From the human T2T-CHM13v2.0 reference genome, Homo sapiens, in assembly GCF_009914755.1 (NCBI RefSeq), contig NC_060931.1: DNA of 64,000 nucleotides; one strand, given 5' to 3'. The translations under genes were made by a program, and so were the position numbers. Of the stretch, positions 1 to 14,815 are shown piece by piece. The notes below the pieces were generated by a model. That model saw only the letters and a list, made by a program, of their open reading frames with translations, did no database searches and was not told the DNA's origin. Within the stretch, counting starts at the first letter, position 1. Every line of letters starts with the position of its first letter.

Positions 1-84
1 TTATAACATTCAATTATGCCTTTTTAAATATATTTTGAAATTTGTTTTTGCTTTTTCACATCTCTAACCTAATAGGATAATAAG

Positions 85-215
85 TATAGAAATATTTACA
101 AATACTTGCTATATATTCTGCCTTTCAGTACACAGTAACAGGAAAAGGTGACAATATCTCACAGATTGCTTCCTCTCAGGGAACATTCAAATTCACTGGT
201 TATGCAAGAGAAACA
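85..215 (-). mobile_element. L2 3'-end remnant (highly decayed)
   Basis: Weak colinear similarity to the antisense L2 tail (aaatatttac...acagattgcttcctctcaggga). Confidence 0.3.
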
Positions 216-410
216 GGAAAGGATACAGACTTTATCCTCATGGATCTAGCTGCTCTTAGCTGGTGTTAATAGTAGATTTATATGTGTAAATAGTAGATGT
301 ATATGTGTAAATAGAGTCTCTGGCGAAAGTTGACCGTCCTGAAAGCTTTATGTTGTTTTCCCATCCGTAAATATTCTTTGGTAACACCTTCTTTGTATTA
401 TAATTTTCAG

Positions 411-755
411 AGCAAGCACTACGGCAGATGTTACAACATTTTGTTTTTCTTTGAATTGTCATGTGATATATTACACAGTCATACCTTACTCTGTGCAAGA
501 ATTTGGATCCTGGAACCAAGTAATAATTTAAATTTAGAAATCTAATAAATATTTTAACTTCATAGCACTGTTTAAAGTTATACACCCATGAATATTTTAG
601 AACTAAAATGAAGACTTCTTCATTTATATGATTAAAAATTGTACTGTTACTGTACACAGTTGCTTCAACTTATATGATTGAAAATTGTACTGTTACTGTA
701 CACTATTGTCAAAACTTCCTTTTGCTTTTAATAAAAAGCAATTTCACCTCACAGG
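411..755 (+). other. Candidate terminal exon / 3' UTR of an upstream transcript (unidentified)
   Basis: Acceptor-like tctttgtattataattttcag ends at 410. All three frames stop by 545. AATAAA at 544-549 and 730-735, with a T-rich stretch after the second. No protein recognised. Confidence 0.25.
624..703. repeat. 34-bp direct repeat, period 46
   Basis: ttatatgatt(a/g)aaaattgtactgttactgtacac at 624-657 and 670-703, one mismatch. Confidence 0.95.
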
Positions 756-803
756 TTTACCTTTCTTTAGCACTTTCATTGAAATAACTGAAATATGTGT
801 GTA

Positions 804-806
<3 letters not shown>

Positions 807-842
<36 letters not shown>
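807..842. repeat. (GT)18 microsatellite
   Basis: Read directly. Confidence 0.98.
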
Positions 843-845
<3 letters not shown>

Positions 846-1054
846 TGTATGGGTGTTTTGGAAATCACAGCACATTGTCATCAGTAACCTGAATCTTTGA
901 GCCGTTCTTGGATTATTAGAAACGGATATGGTTTCATTCATGAGAGAAGGCAACCAGAAAAAACAGTGTGAGGATATTTTTGCCTTGGAAATAAATGTGT
1001 GGGTTTCTGGACACCCAGGAGATCACAGGAAAATCAAGAGTGCCAAGAACTGAT

Positions 1055-1073
1055 CTAGTGCCCCCTCAGGGAG
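1055..1073 (-). promoter_or_regulatory. CTCF-like motif
   Basis: Minus strand reads CTCCCTGAGGGGGCACTAG, close to the CTCF core CCASYAGRKGGCRSTA. Confidence 0.35.
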
Positions 1074-2751
1074 GAACAGAGAACAGCACCCTCACCCAAG
1101 CTTTCCAAAGAGCATTCTTGCTTATTACCTTTAGGATCTTCCATCAGAGGACAGAGGCAGAGAGGAAGTGGAGGTGCATCTCAATTCACTTTAAACACAA
1201 GCTGCCACTGCCAACACAAGTATGCTGCGAAGAAAACATATTCAAACCCACAAATGCCTCCCAAGGAGGAAGGATCCTGTTGAAGTAGCCAGTTAGAGGT
1301 AACTTTGAGTTTCTGCTGGTTCTTTATGTTCCTGACATAATGAATAAAAGGCGTTTTTGTTCTGCTGAGCTTATTCGAGTGATTTAGAGATGAAAGCATG
1401 ATCTTAGAGGTGCGAGCTGGCTTTTGCTACATAATAGAAGATGAAAAATTTAGTAGAGTTGGTGGAGACCCATGGGAAGGTGTGGGTAGAGAGGGAGAAG
1501 GAAAATCAAAGAAAAGAGAAGCAGGCATGGGAAGCCAGCACTATATTAAGAGACTGGGGAGGCTACATGTTAGCTGACATGATAGTGAAATATCCTGGGT
1601 CTTGGGTGTTAAAAGGGCTGTAAACGCAAAGGATGTCTGATACTTAAGTTGTTTTTCTTGCTGTTGTATAAATTCACTCCAAGTCCTGCCACCTTCAAAA
1701 AAAATGGGTCCTCTTCAGAATGCTTAGTTTGTATGTGTTTGTGGTGCTGCTTATTGCCCGTTTATTTTTCCCTTGTATGAAATCAGGGAAAGGGGTTTCG
1801 CTCCCCACCTGAGCTCTGCTTGTATGAAGCAAGAATGAATGTGCTGGACACCAAAATGATCCAACCCTCAATTCAGTAGAAGAAGGAGCTCAGTGACAAG
1901 GCTCCTAGAATGTGAGAATATCTTTTGAGCTTTAATATTTCATAAAATATGGATCAAGCCAATATTTTCTAGATAGTAAGTGGCAGGACATCGCTGTGAC
2001 ATTTGGGTTACCAAGAACTGGGAAAATTGACGCAGTATAATAATCAAATCCAGAAAAGACACACTCTGCCTTTCCCGTTAGCCTTTTCTTATATCCCACT
2101 AGCAGCTACTCATCCTAACAGAAGCTTACCAACCCCAGAGAAAACTTAGGTCATGGATATATAGGTAATATTGGAATGACCCAGGGGACACAGGCACACC
2201 ATTAGAGTCAGAAAGTGCACACACAGAGGTCTTGCTTCTCCATCAGTCCAGGCCTCACTTGGTGCAGGCTTGGAGCCTTGGAGCCTATGCCCCAAATTTG
2301 AACATAGGCAAAGGTCTTCCTGTGTTGTCTTTCTGTTCTCGGATCATGTAGTCAAGTTTTCTTAGGAGCCATGTCCACCATCTTGCAGCACCTGGGTGAA
2401 GCCAGTCCCTTTTGGGGTTGTGGCATTGTCAATTAATTGTTTATTTAGATGCTAAGAATGGTTCATTTGGGTCCTATTCAACTTTATCTGCCACTGGCTC
2501 CTGCAGGCTCCTGTAAGAAGGCCTGGTGAGATATGTGGGTCATAATCCCAAGGCATTAAAAAATGCAATGTATCTGCTGATTTCCTCTTTCTTTCCTCCT
2601 CTCCTTTCTGCCAAAATATTTATCAATAGTTTGACCTTGAACTGGGCTTGCCTTACAGGTAATCAAGTGGTAGAAGTTTGTGCATTGATTAATGGAAACC
2701 ATTCACTAAATTATAACATATCTGTTATACAGAGTGATACGAGAATAAATA

Positions 2752-4925
<2,174 letters not shown>

Positions 4926-5159
4926 ATACAAAACATATCATATTATTTGATATGTAAATATTTTAACACTAAACATTTCTGTGTTTTCTTATATAGTCAA
5001 CTGATAATTTTACTGCAAAAAAGAATATATTAAAACAAATTCCTAAAAGCAATAAAGTTAACCCACGAACAAATAAGCTTTTCATGAAAACATCCTCACA
5101 GCAGTCCTCTTTTAGGCACTGTCTCCTAGAGCCTCCCACACTCCAGATTCATTTTCCCA

Positions 5160-5352
5160 CCTCTGGATTTAATTATTGTTCCCATTGCTCATCTTGCATT
5201 TTTACTTCATTGCTTCAGAAATAACTTGTGTTTCCAAATAACAATGTGTTTCTGCCACACTGAGGGGTCCTCAGATTCTTTAGTATCCAATTCAGTAAGT
5301 AGCTCAATAGCGGGCACATAGTAAGCAAGCCAGTGGATACCTACTTGAATAT
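5160..5352 (+). mobile_element. L2 3' fragment
   Basis: Ends ggcacatagtaag...acttgaat, resembling the L2 tail. Confidence 0.4.
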
Positions 5353-6619
5353 TCAAATATTCCTTTAACTGCTCACAGTTTTTCTTTTACTTCTTCTTAA
5401 ATCTACAAGTTTCTTTTAAAAGAGCTTCGGCATAACAGTGGCAGTAGATTCTCCCTGCAGTGCACAACTAGAAAGTGCATATTGAGAAGCTGTTTGAATA
5501 GTTTTGCTAAGGCTTTATCATGTCTGTTGTCCTTTTCTTATCAAGCCTGGGTAATGCTGGTTTATAATTTCTCTTTATGGGTAACCTCCTTTTTTTCTTT
5601 GACCATCAATCCAAAGTCATGACCTTCAAGTGAGTGACATGCTCTAGGGCAGGCACACCCCTCTGTTATCCAGCCAGTTGGAAATAGCTTTTCCCCTCTC
5701 TCCTCATGAAATCCAGCATTGAGTTCTAAATGTAATGGTAAGATCCCCCTAGAATTGCCCCTTGACATTTTTGCAGGTGCACTGGAGCCAATCTGGTATT
5801 TCTGCACAAGCGGTGGCTGCAGCCAACCTTTGCAGCATGGCAATCCCTGCTTTCTGAAGCAGTCTGTTTTGATGCCTGTTTTTTCTTATCACACTTGCAA
5901 CTTCCAGAATGCTGCTTCTTATAGGTTTTCTGTCAGAGTTTTAAAATATCTATTACTGCTCAACTCAAATTTACCAGTTTAAAGAGCAAGCCATACAGGC
6001 CACACTAGAAATTTCTAAATATCACAATTCAGGTCATGTAAAAAGGAGACCTTTAAAAATATACTTTATCATTTAAAAATGCTGCATTTACGAAGGCATA
6101 TCATAACTTTAGTTAACTGTATCCCTGTATTAGCTTCTATTAGACTAGCAAAAAAGACTGTCTACAGCTCTGGAACATGTTTTAACTAGACTATTTATTA
6201 CATGAATGTTCATGAAACATTTAAACAGCAAAATTTCAGCATCTTACACCCAAGGAAAAGAGAGGAGGAATATGAGGGAATAGGTAGGGTGTTTGACCTT
6301 GCATTTCAAAATATATTCATAAAATATTTAGAAAGGATGTAAGATTTTGAGCTTGAGATCTTCAAAGAATTTTTGTTACTTAAACTAGTATAAAAAAATA
6401 GTCCAGGAAATGTAGACAAATGCAGCTTCTATTGAGAAAATAAAAATCCTATTAACAAGTACCCCAGGCAGCTTCATTAAGGATGTGAACTGCCTCGAAT
6501 TACAGCATTTATATGGATTTTTTGATGCAGAACTGAAAACAAAAATAATTAGAACTATAATAAAAGTACTAAAATTCTAAATTAATTTCTAACAAATGAC
6601 CTATTTTAGACAATGAGCT

Positions 6620-7265
6620 CCAACTTAAAATAATCTGTATAGTTTGTATATTTTAAAATTTAAATTTTATCACATTTTTGTTAATTTTCTGGGTTTTGCA
6701 GACAAAATTGCATTATCTGAATCTATTATTTTTTCTTTCTTTTTGTAATGGTCATATGTCCTATATTAATTTCATATCTTATTAATTGACTATATATTCC
6801 AGAACCATTTAAAATTATAATGATGTACGCAATCATTATTGGTACTAAAATGTAAAAGTACTATTATCTCCAACATCTTGCCATAAAATGATAATAACTG
6901 AAGGTATATATTCCTTGTTTTGAAAGGGAAGTATCATTGTGTTCTGCCTTTGAAAGATTTTTCCATGTTTTTAAAAATCAGGGAAAGCATTTAATAGAAT
7001 TGGATGACTTCTGAGACAGTACAATGTCTGTCATTTTGTTGTATTATAGAAAAAGATTTCTAAATATAACATTAACCTTGCATTCTTGACCTAAATACTA
7101 CTTAGTATCTGCATATTATTTTTAATGTATCATTGAATTTAATTTTTTTGTATTTAAATTTAGTCATTTTTTTCACAACTGTAATCCTAATTGGGATTGA
7201 TTCATCATTTTCTACTATCGTACTTTCTTGATCAGGGTTTAGAATGAGCTTTGCTTTATATTAAT
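6620..7265 (-). mobile_element. Old L1M ORF2 fragment (antisense)
   Basis: T-rich, with aaccttgcattcttg and related antisense ORF2 motifs. Confidence 0.5.
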
Positions 7266-7719
7266 GTGCTGCTCCTGGTAAAACTAAAAGCCAAAGTCAA
7301 AATTCAAATTTACATTTTGCCTTAAATTACATAGGTCTTAAATTCCTCCAACATTGATCAAATTTAGCATTGGGAAATAGAAGAGTATGTCCTTACGTGG
7401 ATTGGCACCATATGAATGCCTATTTGATCCTGCAAATACATACATCTCCCAAATCTCCCATTTATTGTTTCTACTTTTAAATGTTTTAGAGGTAGCCTAT
7501 GCACATAGTAATACATCAAATATCACTAGATGGACTTGTAAAGCAAAGCCCCCTCATCTGTCTCTTGCATTTTTTTTCCCAGTCTCCAGAGGAAACATTT
7601 AAAATTTTTTTTTGTAGTTCTTATTTATGTAGATGTCCCTATAACTCTAGAAGTAAATTTCCCCACTTGTACTGTAATTCTCACAATTCATGTCCTTTGC
7701 CTCACAATTTGGGGGCATG

Positions 7720-8211
7720 CTTCTCACTTGGTAGATGTGATCACTGTGGAGATGGGTCCCACTCTGGGAAGGGGTGCAAATGAGCAGGCTGGACCAAATA
7801 CTCCAATACCCACAGGAGTGTGACTGATAAAGGGAAATTAGTTTGTGTGATTCCAACTACAGCAGAGTCCTTTTGGAAGGGCTAATATGACAGCTAGAAG
7901 CAGGAAGGTCTCTGCCTCTGCCCTTCTGGCCTCATAAACTACAAGGACCCCTCACCTGAATCTGCTCAGGGCCATTTTCCCAGCAGAGAGTGATAACAAG
8001 TCAGCAGGACAACAGAGGAGCAGAAGGTCAAGCGATGGGATCTCAGTTCTCCCAGTCCTGTGATGACATCTGGGGAGCACTCAGGATCACTGGGACAGAA
8101 AACTAGACATCTTTGGTTTTTTCAGTTACATGAGCTCAACATTCTCATTTTGCATAAGCTAGTTTGTAATGGATTTCTCTTACTTGCAACTGAACAACTC
8201 CTGGCTAAGCA
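7720..8211 (+). mobile_element. MLT1 (J/K-like) MaLR LTR
   Basis: Typical end ttcagttacatgagc...taagctagtttg...cttgcaactgaa...ctaagca. The 5' edge is approximate. Confidence 0.6.
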
Positions 8212-8900
8212 GAAACTGGAACTACTATTGTGTATTTGCAAGTGGCAAAATTCACATGGGAGTGACTTAATTGCAGTAGGACAAGGCAGAGGATTCTTGA
8301 AGGAGATTAGTTGTTTAATTTGTAGCCGTTTGTGACTTGGGCCTCCAACTGGTGTCTACCAAAGCTGAAGCTTCAGGGATACAATAGGAAAAATATCAGG
8401 TTGCTAGACTAAGGTGCCTATTTGCTGAGGATATAAATTGCATTCCATAAGACAGAGGCAAGTTGTAAGGACAACTGGAACATAGTGACAGCAGAAATAA
8501 AACAACATAAAGTGTAACTCATATTGACTACATCTGCAAGGAGCAGGGCATCTAAAATAAGACTTTGGTTATTATAGGAAGCAAAGTGTTGGCCTTTAGC
8601 TAAAGTTAGTATAAGAAAATGCAGAGACGTAGGTGAGTGGAATGGAGCATGGTAGTTAGCCATGGCCCTGGGAGTAATTAGTGAACTCTCACCAGCAGCA
8701 CTGCCCCTCCCAATGACTGCTAAGTACACCCTGGTTGGCCAGATAACAATAACCCCTATTATAAGTGCACCAATTGCATCTTCCTGGAGGGAAGTGGTCT
8801 TGTCAGTCCTGCCCTTTACCACAATCTCTTTTTCCAGTAGAAGAATCAAAAGGAAATGGTTTGGCTGAGGGCTAGGAGAGTCAACAGCGTTGGTGTGTAT
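8212..8900 (+). mobile_element. Possible MaLR/ERVL internal remnant
   Basis: Begins gaaactgg immediately after the LTR, like MaLR internal starts (gaaattgg). The rest is only weakly recognisable. Confidence 0.3.
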
Positions 8901-9869
8901 TTTGCTCAATAACTGAAACCCAAAGGCTGGGCTTGGGATTTAATGGACCATGATAGGAAAACCTGCTTGAATGTCAATTTTTCATAAACTCTAAAGAAGA
9001 AAACTATACTTTTAGTATATTGTTGTGAGAAAAATCCTACTCATTCCTGGCAAAATTCTATCCAAGCCTGGGCTTGCGACTGCCTGACTCTCCAGGTGCC
9101 TTGTGGGGCCCAGAGGTGAACAATATCAAGTCTCCCATGAAGTGCCTCTCTGCTCTCTGAATTTTCTATTGATCTCCACTATCATCTGTTGATTTGGTCT
9201 TTCTCTCTCACTTGCTAAATTTGTTCATGTGGTTGCTGGTCGTTGTTTATGTATTTATACAGGTCACAGTTATTGGTCCTTTTGCTGCTGGGGACATAGA
9301 TTTGTTTTGTGCTGGATCTTGATTGAGATAACTCCCTGAGACCCCTGTGAATATGGGCATGGCTTGTTTATGGATTTCAGTGTGACCTCCCCAAATAGCA
9401 CAAGGGTTTTGCTCTGGGGAGCCCTTTTACCCTCCAGCATTTAGATTCCTACCTGAATAGATTGATCAATTTCTTCAGCACGGGAACCTCAGGACTCTCC
9501 TGTGTTCTCTTGGGCAGGTGGCTCCCACTCTCTTCTCCCCTCATTCTTGTATGCTGGCTATATTTGTTCCTTTCTGATTTATATTATGTTTCAACACATT
9601 TCTGTAGTAATAGGCTGGAAAGATTCCCCATAGGGAAAGTGAACAGTTGCAAAACAACCGTAACTACAAGAAACATGACATTTTCTGGGAAAAAAGAGGC
9701 CAGTAGGTTCACGTGTATGAGGGTGAGGCAAAGCAGGGCACTGGGTGAGGCAAAACAGGGCACCTGGTGAGTCAGACCAAGAGTGGGGTGCCAAAGAATG
9801 CAGGGTGGTTTAGCCTAGGACAATGGTACTTGTCTACCTTGTGAACCTTGGAAATGCATTTCCTTATTA

Positions 9870-10300
9870 CAAATGGCAACTAACTACACTGTAGAGAATA
9901 GGATTATGAACAGAAAGGATCGGAGATCTAAAGGGCAATTCATGATAGTTGTAATTCACGGTAATTTGTAGAGAAGGTGAGGATGTTTTGCATATAGAAT
10001 CAACAAGACTTCGTAAAGGCTTGAATATAGAGAAATAAAGGGTGGTGTTCAAGGGGATTCCTAGATGTCTAGCTTCTTGAGGATGATGGAATGCCATAAA
10101 CTAAGATAGGGGACCTGGAACAACACTAGATTTGGGAACACAAAAGGAAATCATGAGTTGAGTGTTGTATATGTTTATGTACATGAACACGCCAAGTTTG
10201 TTGAGGTTGCATGGGCTTGGAACTGAGTAGAGAGGCCTGGATTGGGGTTAAAAAAATACTGAGTCATCAGCCTTTAGATGAAAATTATGGCATGAGTACA
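9870..10300 (-). mobile_element. L2 ORF2 fragment
   Basis: Minus ORF 9867-10097 contains EARHLGIPLNTTL, matching the L2 RT C-terminal motif ARNLGVILDSSL. Confidence 0.8.
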
Positions 10301-10329
10301 AAGACCGGAGAGCCTATAGCAAAGTCCTA

Positions 10330-11160
10330 TTATATCTTATTAGGTTAGCTACTACATGTGATCAAAAACCAACATAACACATTGCTTAAACACAGAAGAT
10401 TGTATTCTTCCATGGAAAATATGCTGTCAGACCTGAAGTGCAATGCAGGTGCAGCAGTCTTAAGCCGCTTTGATCTCACTGCTTCACTGCATCCAAAAGC
10501 TCCAAGTGTGGTCCAAGATGGCTACTGGAGCTCCAGCCACTAAGTTCACATTCCAACCAGCAGGTAGAAGAATGGAGATAAGTGTAACCTTCTTCTAATT
10601 AAGGCCAATTCCAAAAACTCTCATGTACTATTTCCATGCACATGATATTATCGGCCAGAATTTAGTCACATACTCTCTTAGTCCATTTGGGCCACTACAA
10701 CAAATTTATCATAAACTAAATGGCTTATAAACAACAAGTCTTTCTCATTCACAGTTCCGGATGCTGGAAAGTTCAAAATCAAGGCACTGGCAGATTCAGT
10801 CTCTTGTGGGGGCTCATTCTACAGTTCACAGATGGTGTAGTCTCTCTATATCCTCACATAGTGGAAGGGGCTAGCCAGTAATTTAGGGTCTCATTTATGA
10901 GAACACTGAGACCCATTCATGAGAGCAGAGCCCTGATGGCCTGATAGTGTCTAATATCATCATGCTGGGGATCAGGTTTCAATGCATGCCTTTGGGGGAA
11001 CACACACATTGTGACCACAGCGTATAGCCAGCTCCAAAGAGGGTGGCCAACATTTTTGTTTTTCTGGGTTGACACATGCAAAGAGAGCATTCAGGGGTTC
11101 AAGGGCTGAGGGAAAGTGAAGAACCTTGTATTAGAAGACGTCAGGCAATTTTCACCACAG
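10330..11160 (-). mobile_element. Old MLT1 (J/K/L-like) LTR split by a younger MaLR LTR
   Basis: caagatggctactggagctccagcca, and ggccagaatttagtcacat, which resumes after 11022. Confidence 0.6.
10674..11022 (-). mobile_element. MLT1A/MST-type solo LTR
   Basis: tcttagtccatttggg...ggcttataaacaac...aaaatcaaggcactggcagattc...gaccacagc. Confidence 0.85.
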
Positions 11161-11224
11161 CAAACAAAAACAACAAACTTTAGTGGGTATTGACTTATTG
11201 CTATCTAGTCTCCTAAGTAGTTTT

Positions 11225-11345
11225 TTTAGTTATTAAGTTTAATCTTGACCACAGGCCTTGAGGTAGATGTGGTAATTACTATTCCCATTCTAGAGATGGC
11301 AAAGGAGTGAGTTGAATGACCTGTCCAAAATTCCAGCAGCACTGA
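11225..11345 (-). mobile_element. MIR fragment
   Basis: Decayed MIR core tttaatct...tgaggtag...cccattctagagatg. Confidence 0.5.
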
Positions 11346-11724
11346 CATCTTGGACCCCTTGAGATTCAGGCTTCTGAGTGAGAGCAGTGGTATCTCCCAA
11401 TATCTGGAAAATGTGGCTGAACATGAGGAGGAAAAACAGGTCTAGTCAGATTCACACAGTTGGCCAAGTTACCCAGTTATCATTTTCATATGTAACAAAT
11501 ACCTATAAAGTAAGGAAATATAAAACCTAACTCATAGACATGACTAGTTATTACTGGGATTAACAAAAAAAAATTGCAGAATCTAAGAGAATTTCTTCTT
11601 AACACAAAATGCACGTAGAATGAAAATTTAGTGTTAGGACATCTCGAAGGCAAGGAGTTAACATCTCTGTGTGGATGGGAAAGGCCTATATGGTTCTGTC
11701 TGCCCCAGTTTCCTTCATTGGTTG

Positions 11725-12120
11725 GTGTGTGTGTGTGTGTGTGTGTATACACACACACCTACATGTATATACATTACATATGTCTATACATTATATAGAC
11801 ATATGTGTATATATACATACACATAACTGTACCTAGGTGTATATATGTATAGAAATACACTATATATACTTATAGACTATGTATATATATAGAAATACAC
11901 TATATGTACATATAGACTATGTATATATGTAGAAATACACTATATATGTATATACTATATATTTATAATATATAGTAATTATATATAATAATAAATATAA
12001 TATTTTCTATATACTAGATATACATTTTATACTATATACACATATATGCATCTATACACATACATAGTATATAAATATATATACTATATAAATATACTAT
12101 ATATATACACATATATATAG
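11725..12120. repeat. (TG)n/(TA)n low-complexity tract with a 40-bp minisatellite
   Basis: agaaatacactatat recurs at 11851, 11891 and 11931. Confidence 0.9.
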
Positions 12121-12989
12121 TGCATTTCTCCTGCTGAGAAAACTTCAAATCTCTGAATACCTGAAATCAGAAAGTAGAGAGATGAGAGGCAGAACAGCGA
12201 TAGTATTATACACTGAGAGGTAAATTCGCTAGAAATAAAATGATGGCAGAAGAAAGAGGAAGTCTGGCAGCATCCCACAGGAGGGCCTGCAGGTTTTCGT
12301 GTATGACATCAATCTACAGTGTTAGGGAAACAGGCAGTCAAGAGGGGAGGAATCAGCCCCGCAGAATTCTGGTAAATGAAAGCCTGTTAGATGTGGAGAA
12401 CAGATTTAAGGCTGTGCACGCCAGTCTTCCACGAAGGCCTCTGTCTGGCAAGAGGAGAAAAACACTAACGTGTGCACAGCCCGCATTATGCCTGTTGGAG
12501 ATCATCTGGTCTGGATAGACTCTCTCCAGGGAGTGGTGCAACAGCCTCCAGATGGGAGCCAAAAAGAAGACACTGTAGAAACCCAAAAGAAACTTTATTC
12601 TAAAGAGTCAGGTTAGAAGGATATCTAAATTTTTTAGGCATGAGATGAAAATTCTAGGAAGCTGTCATCCTTAAGAAAATGCAAGGAGATTTTAACTCTA
12701 TGAAATAGAAGCATAGAGTCATAATAGGAAGATAAAGGTGACGTGAAATATGAGGCAGAAAGATACAATTATGATTTCAGCTAGATTTCCGAGGAACTAG
12801 TAATGAAATAAAGGAATTTAAAATCCACATTGGGATTTTGATGTCCATACCATCCTTGGCGAAACCCCGCCAGTGATGTGGTGGACACACAGAGAAGGTA
12901 GTGCTGACAGCAGCCAGGGGCGTGACTGGAGCAGTAGGTGGAGGGCGGCGGCTGCACCCAGGGCATCTAGAGCCTCATACTGCAGATGA

Positions 12990-13160
12990 AGGGTGAGCGC
13001 CAGGGAGGGTTTAGGGGGTAGGGAGTCTCAGTCTATCTTGTGATCTGGGTACTGATATTCTGGAGCTTGGCTCACTTTGTCAAGTATGTCACAATGTACA
13101 CTTAAGATCTGTGGTACTTTAAGTCTATGCCACTTTGGTAAAATTTTATTTTAAAAATCA
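12990..13160 (+). mobile_element. L1ME/L1MD extreme 3' end
   Basis: tatcttg..atctgggt...tgtacacttaagatctgtg. Confidence 0.5.
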
Positions 13161-14450
13161 CAGTTGAGCAAATCTGCTTCTTTGGATGTGGGAGCAAAAA
13201 AACAAAGAAATAATGAAAAAATTATTCCAGAACTAAGAAAAAAGACCCCTATTGCTCTCTTCTTCCCTGAGTAACATGTAGATAAGAAAGAACTTGTATT
13301 CTAGGTGAAGATATTAAATGGGGATTCATATCCAGATAGTTATATGCCAGCTTTTAAACATGAAATACATCTAACTTTGTTAACAAAAATCCCTTAATGT
13401 GATCACATATAAAATGTTTGATATATGTTCTTAGTTGACGCTTTAAAAAGTGATTTAAAGTATCTTAAGTGCTTTTAAAAGAAAAGCCAGTATGGAATAT
13501 GATAACCACATTTTACATGGCTTGAAAGCATATTTGAAAATGTCTCTTGCATTTTAACTGCATTAGCGATGATGACTGATACTTTACAGGTGAATGTGTT
13601 TGACAACTGGAAAAAGCTTAATATTAAAATTATTCAAAATATTTAATTAGACAGGAAAAAGTATGTCTCTACTTTCTATTTTTATCATAAGTATTGCAAT
13701 AAATATAATTTGTTTCTTCCCCAAATATCCTTTACCTCATATATAATTTCATGCAATACAAATTATAAAATGTTCTATGTGTTAATTTTCATATTTTACT
13801 AGGTTATGTTTTCTTTCTTTTTATTCTTCTGATTGTGGTGTTTTTGTTTTCAACTGATAATGGGACTAGTTCACATTTTCATTACTAATTAATTGATTTA
13901 TTTAAAAATAATTAAGGTAAGTTTGTAGTAGAAAGTTTGAAATGTACAAAATGTGGACAGTAGACAGCAGCATTACCTCTTCTTCATCTTCTTTGAATTT
14001 ACCTTTCTTTGGTAGTTACAAATTCCTTTTTTACCCTTTGAAGTAGAATACACATAGGTACCATTTTTAAATATTATTATTTTAAATTGTGTGTATTATT
14101 TTAAATATCACTTTTATGATGTTAATCATATAAAATAATGTTTGGAATTATCATAGTCTTATGGGGATAAAAACATTATGTTGATAAACAGGTCAGTATT
14201 CAATGTAATTATTTATCATTCTAAATACGTTGGGAATCTTCCCTGAGTTGTGATAGAATAAATTGCCCAATCCTATTGTCTACTATTATGATGAGTAGTA
14301 CTGTGAATAGATGGATGCAGAGCTGCATGTGAGTACAATCAAAGACTTTGTTCATTTCTGTTCACTTGTATCTTCATTAAATGTGTACATACTTGTCTTT
14401 TGAGAGAGTAATAAATTCTCTTGGTCAAACCTAAAAATTAGCAAAAGGAT

Positions 14451-14815
14451 CATGGCAGACATTGCTGGTGCTGCCCGATGTCTATTCTTCCCTTCACAGA
14501 TGCAGAGGCCAGGTGACCCAGCCTTCTCCACATGGATAGCAGATGGAACTGTTTCAGGACAATGAAATGTGATGTGGATCCCTTCCAAGCTGAGGGAGCG
14601 AAACACTCTTGTCAAATTCTCCAGGCTTTTTTCTGCTGGCATGGTTGTGGAGAAGGCTTCCTTGTTAGGCAGAAAAGCAACAAGATTAAATTGGCCTCCA
14701 TGGAGGAAACTGCCCTGATAGCCACTATGGACTTTGTATATGCAAGGAGCAATGTTTCTGCGTGTTGATGCACTGAGCTTTTGGAGTTCTTTGTTACTAC
14801 AGAATAACACAAGAT
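14451..14815 (+). mobile_element. MLT1I/H-like solo LTR
   Basis: Starts tggcagacattgctgg..tctattcttcccttc and ends gcactgagcttttggagttctttgttactacagaataac. Confidence 0.7.

Noticed and set aside
129-269. 46-codon open frame after cctttcag
   Set aside because: Overlaps a probable L2 tail remnant; the peptide is not recognisable.
8418-8909. 163-aa minus-strand ORF
   Set aside because: No recognisable domain; antisense to a probable MaLR/ERVL internal remnant.
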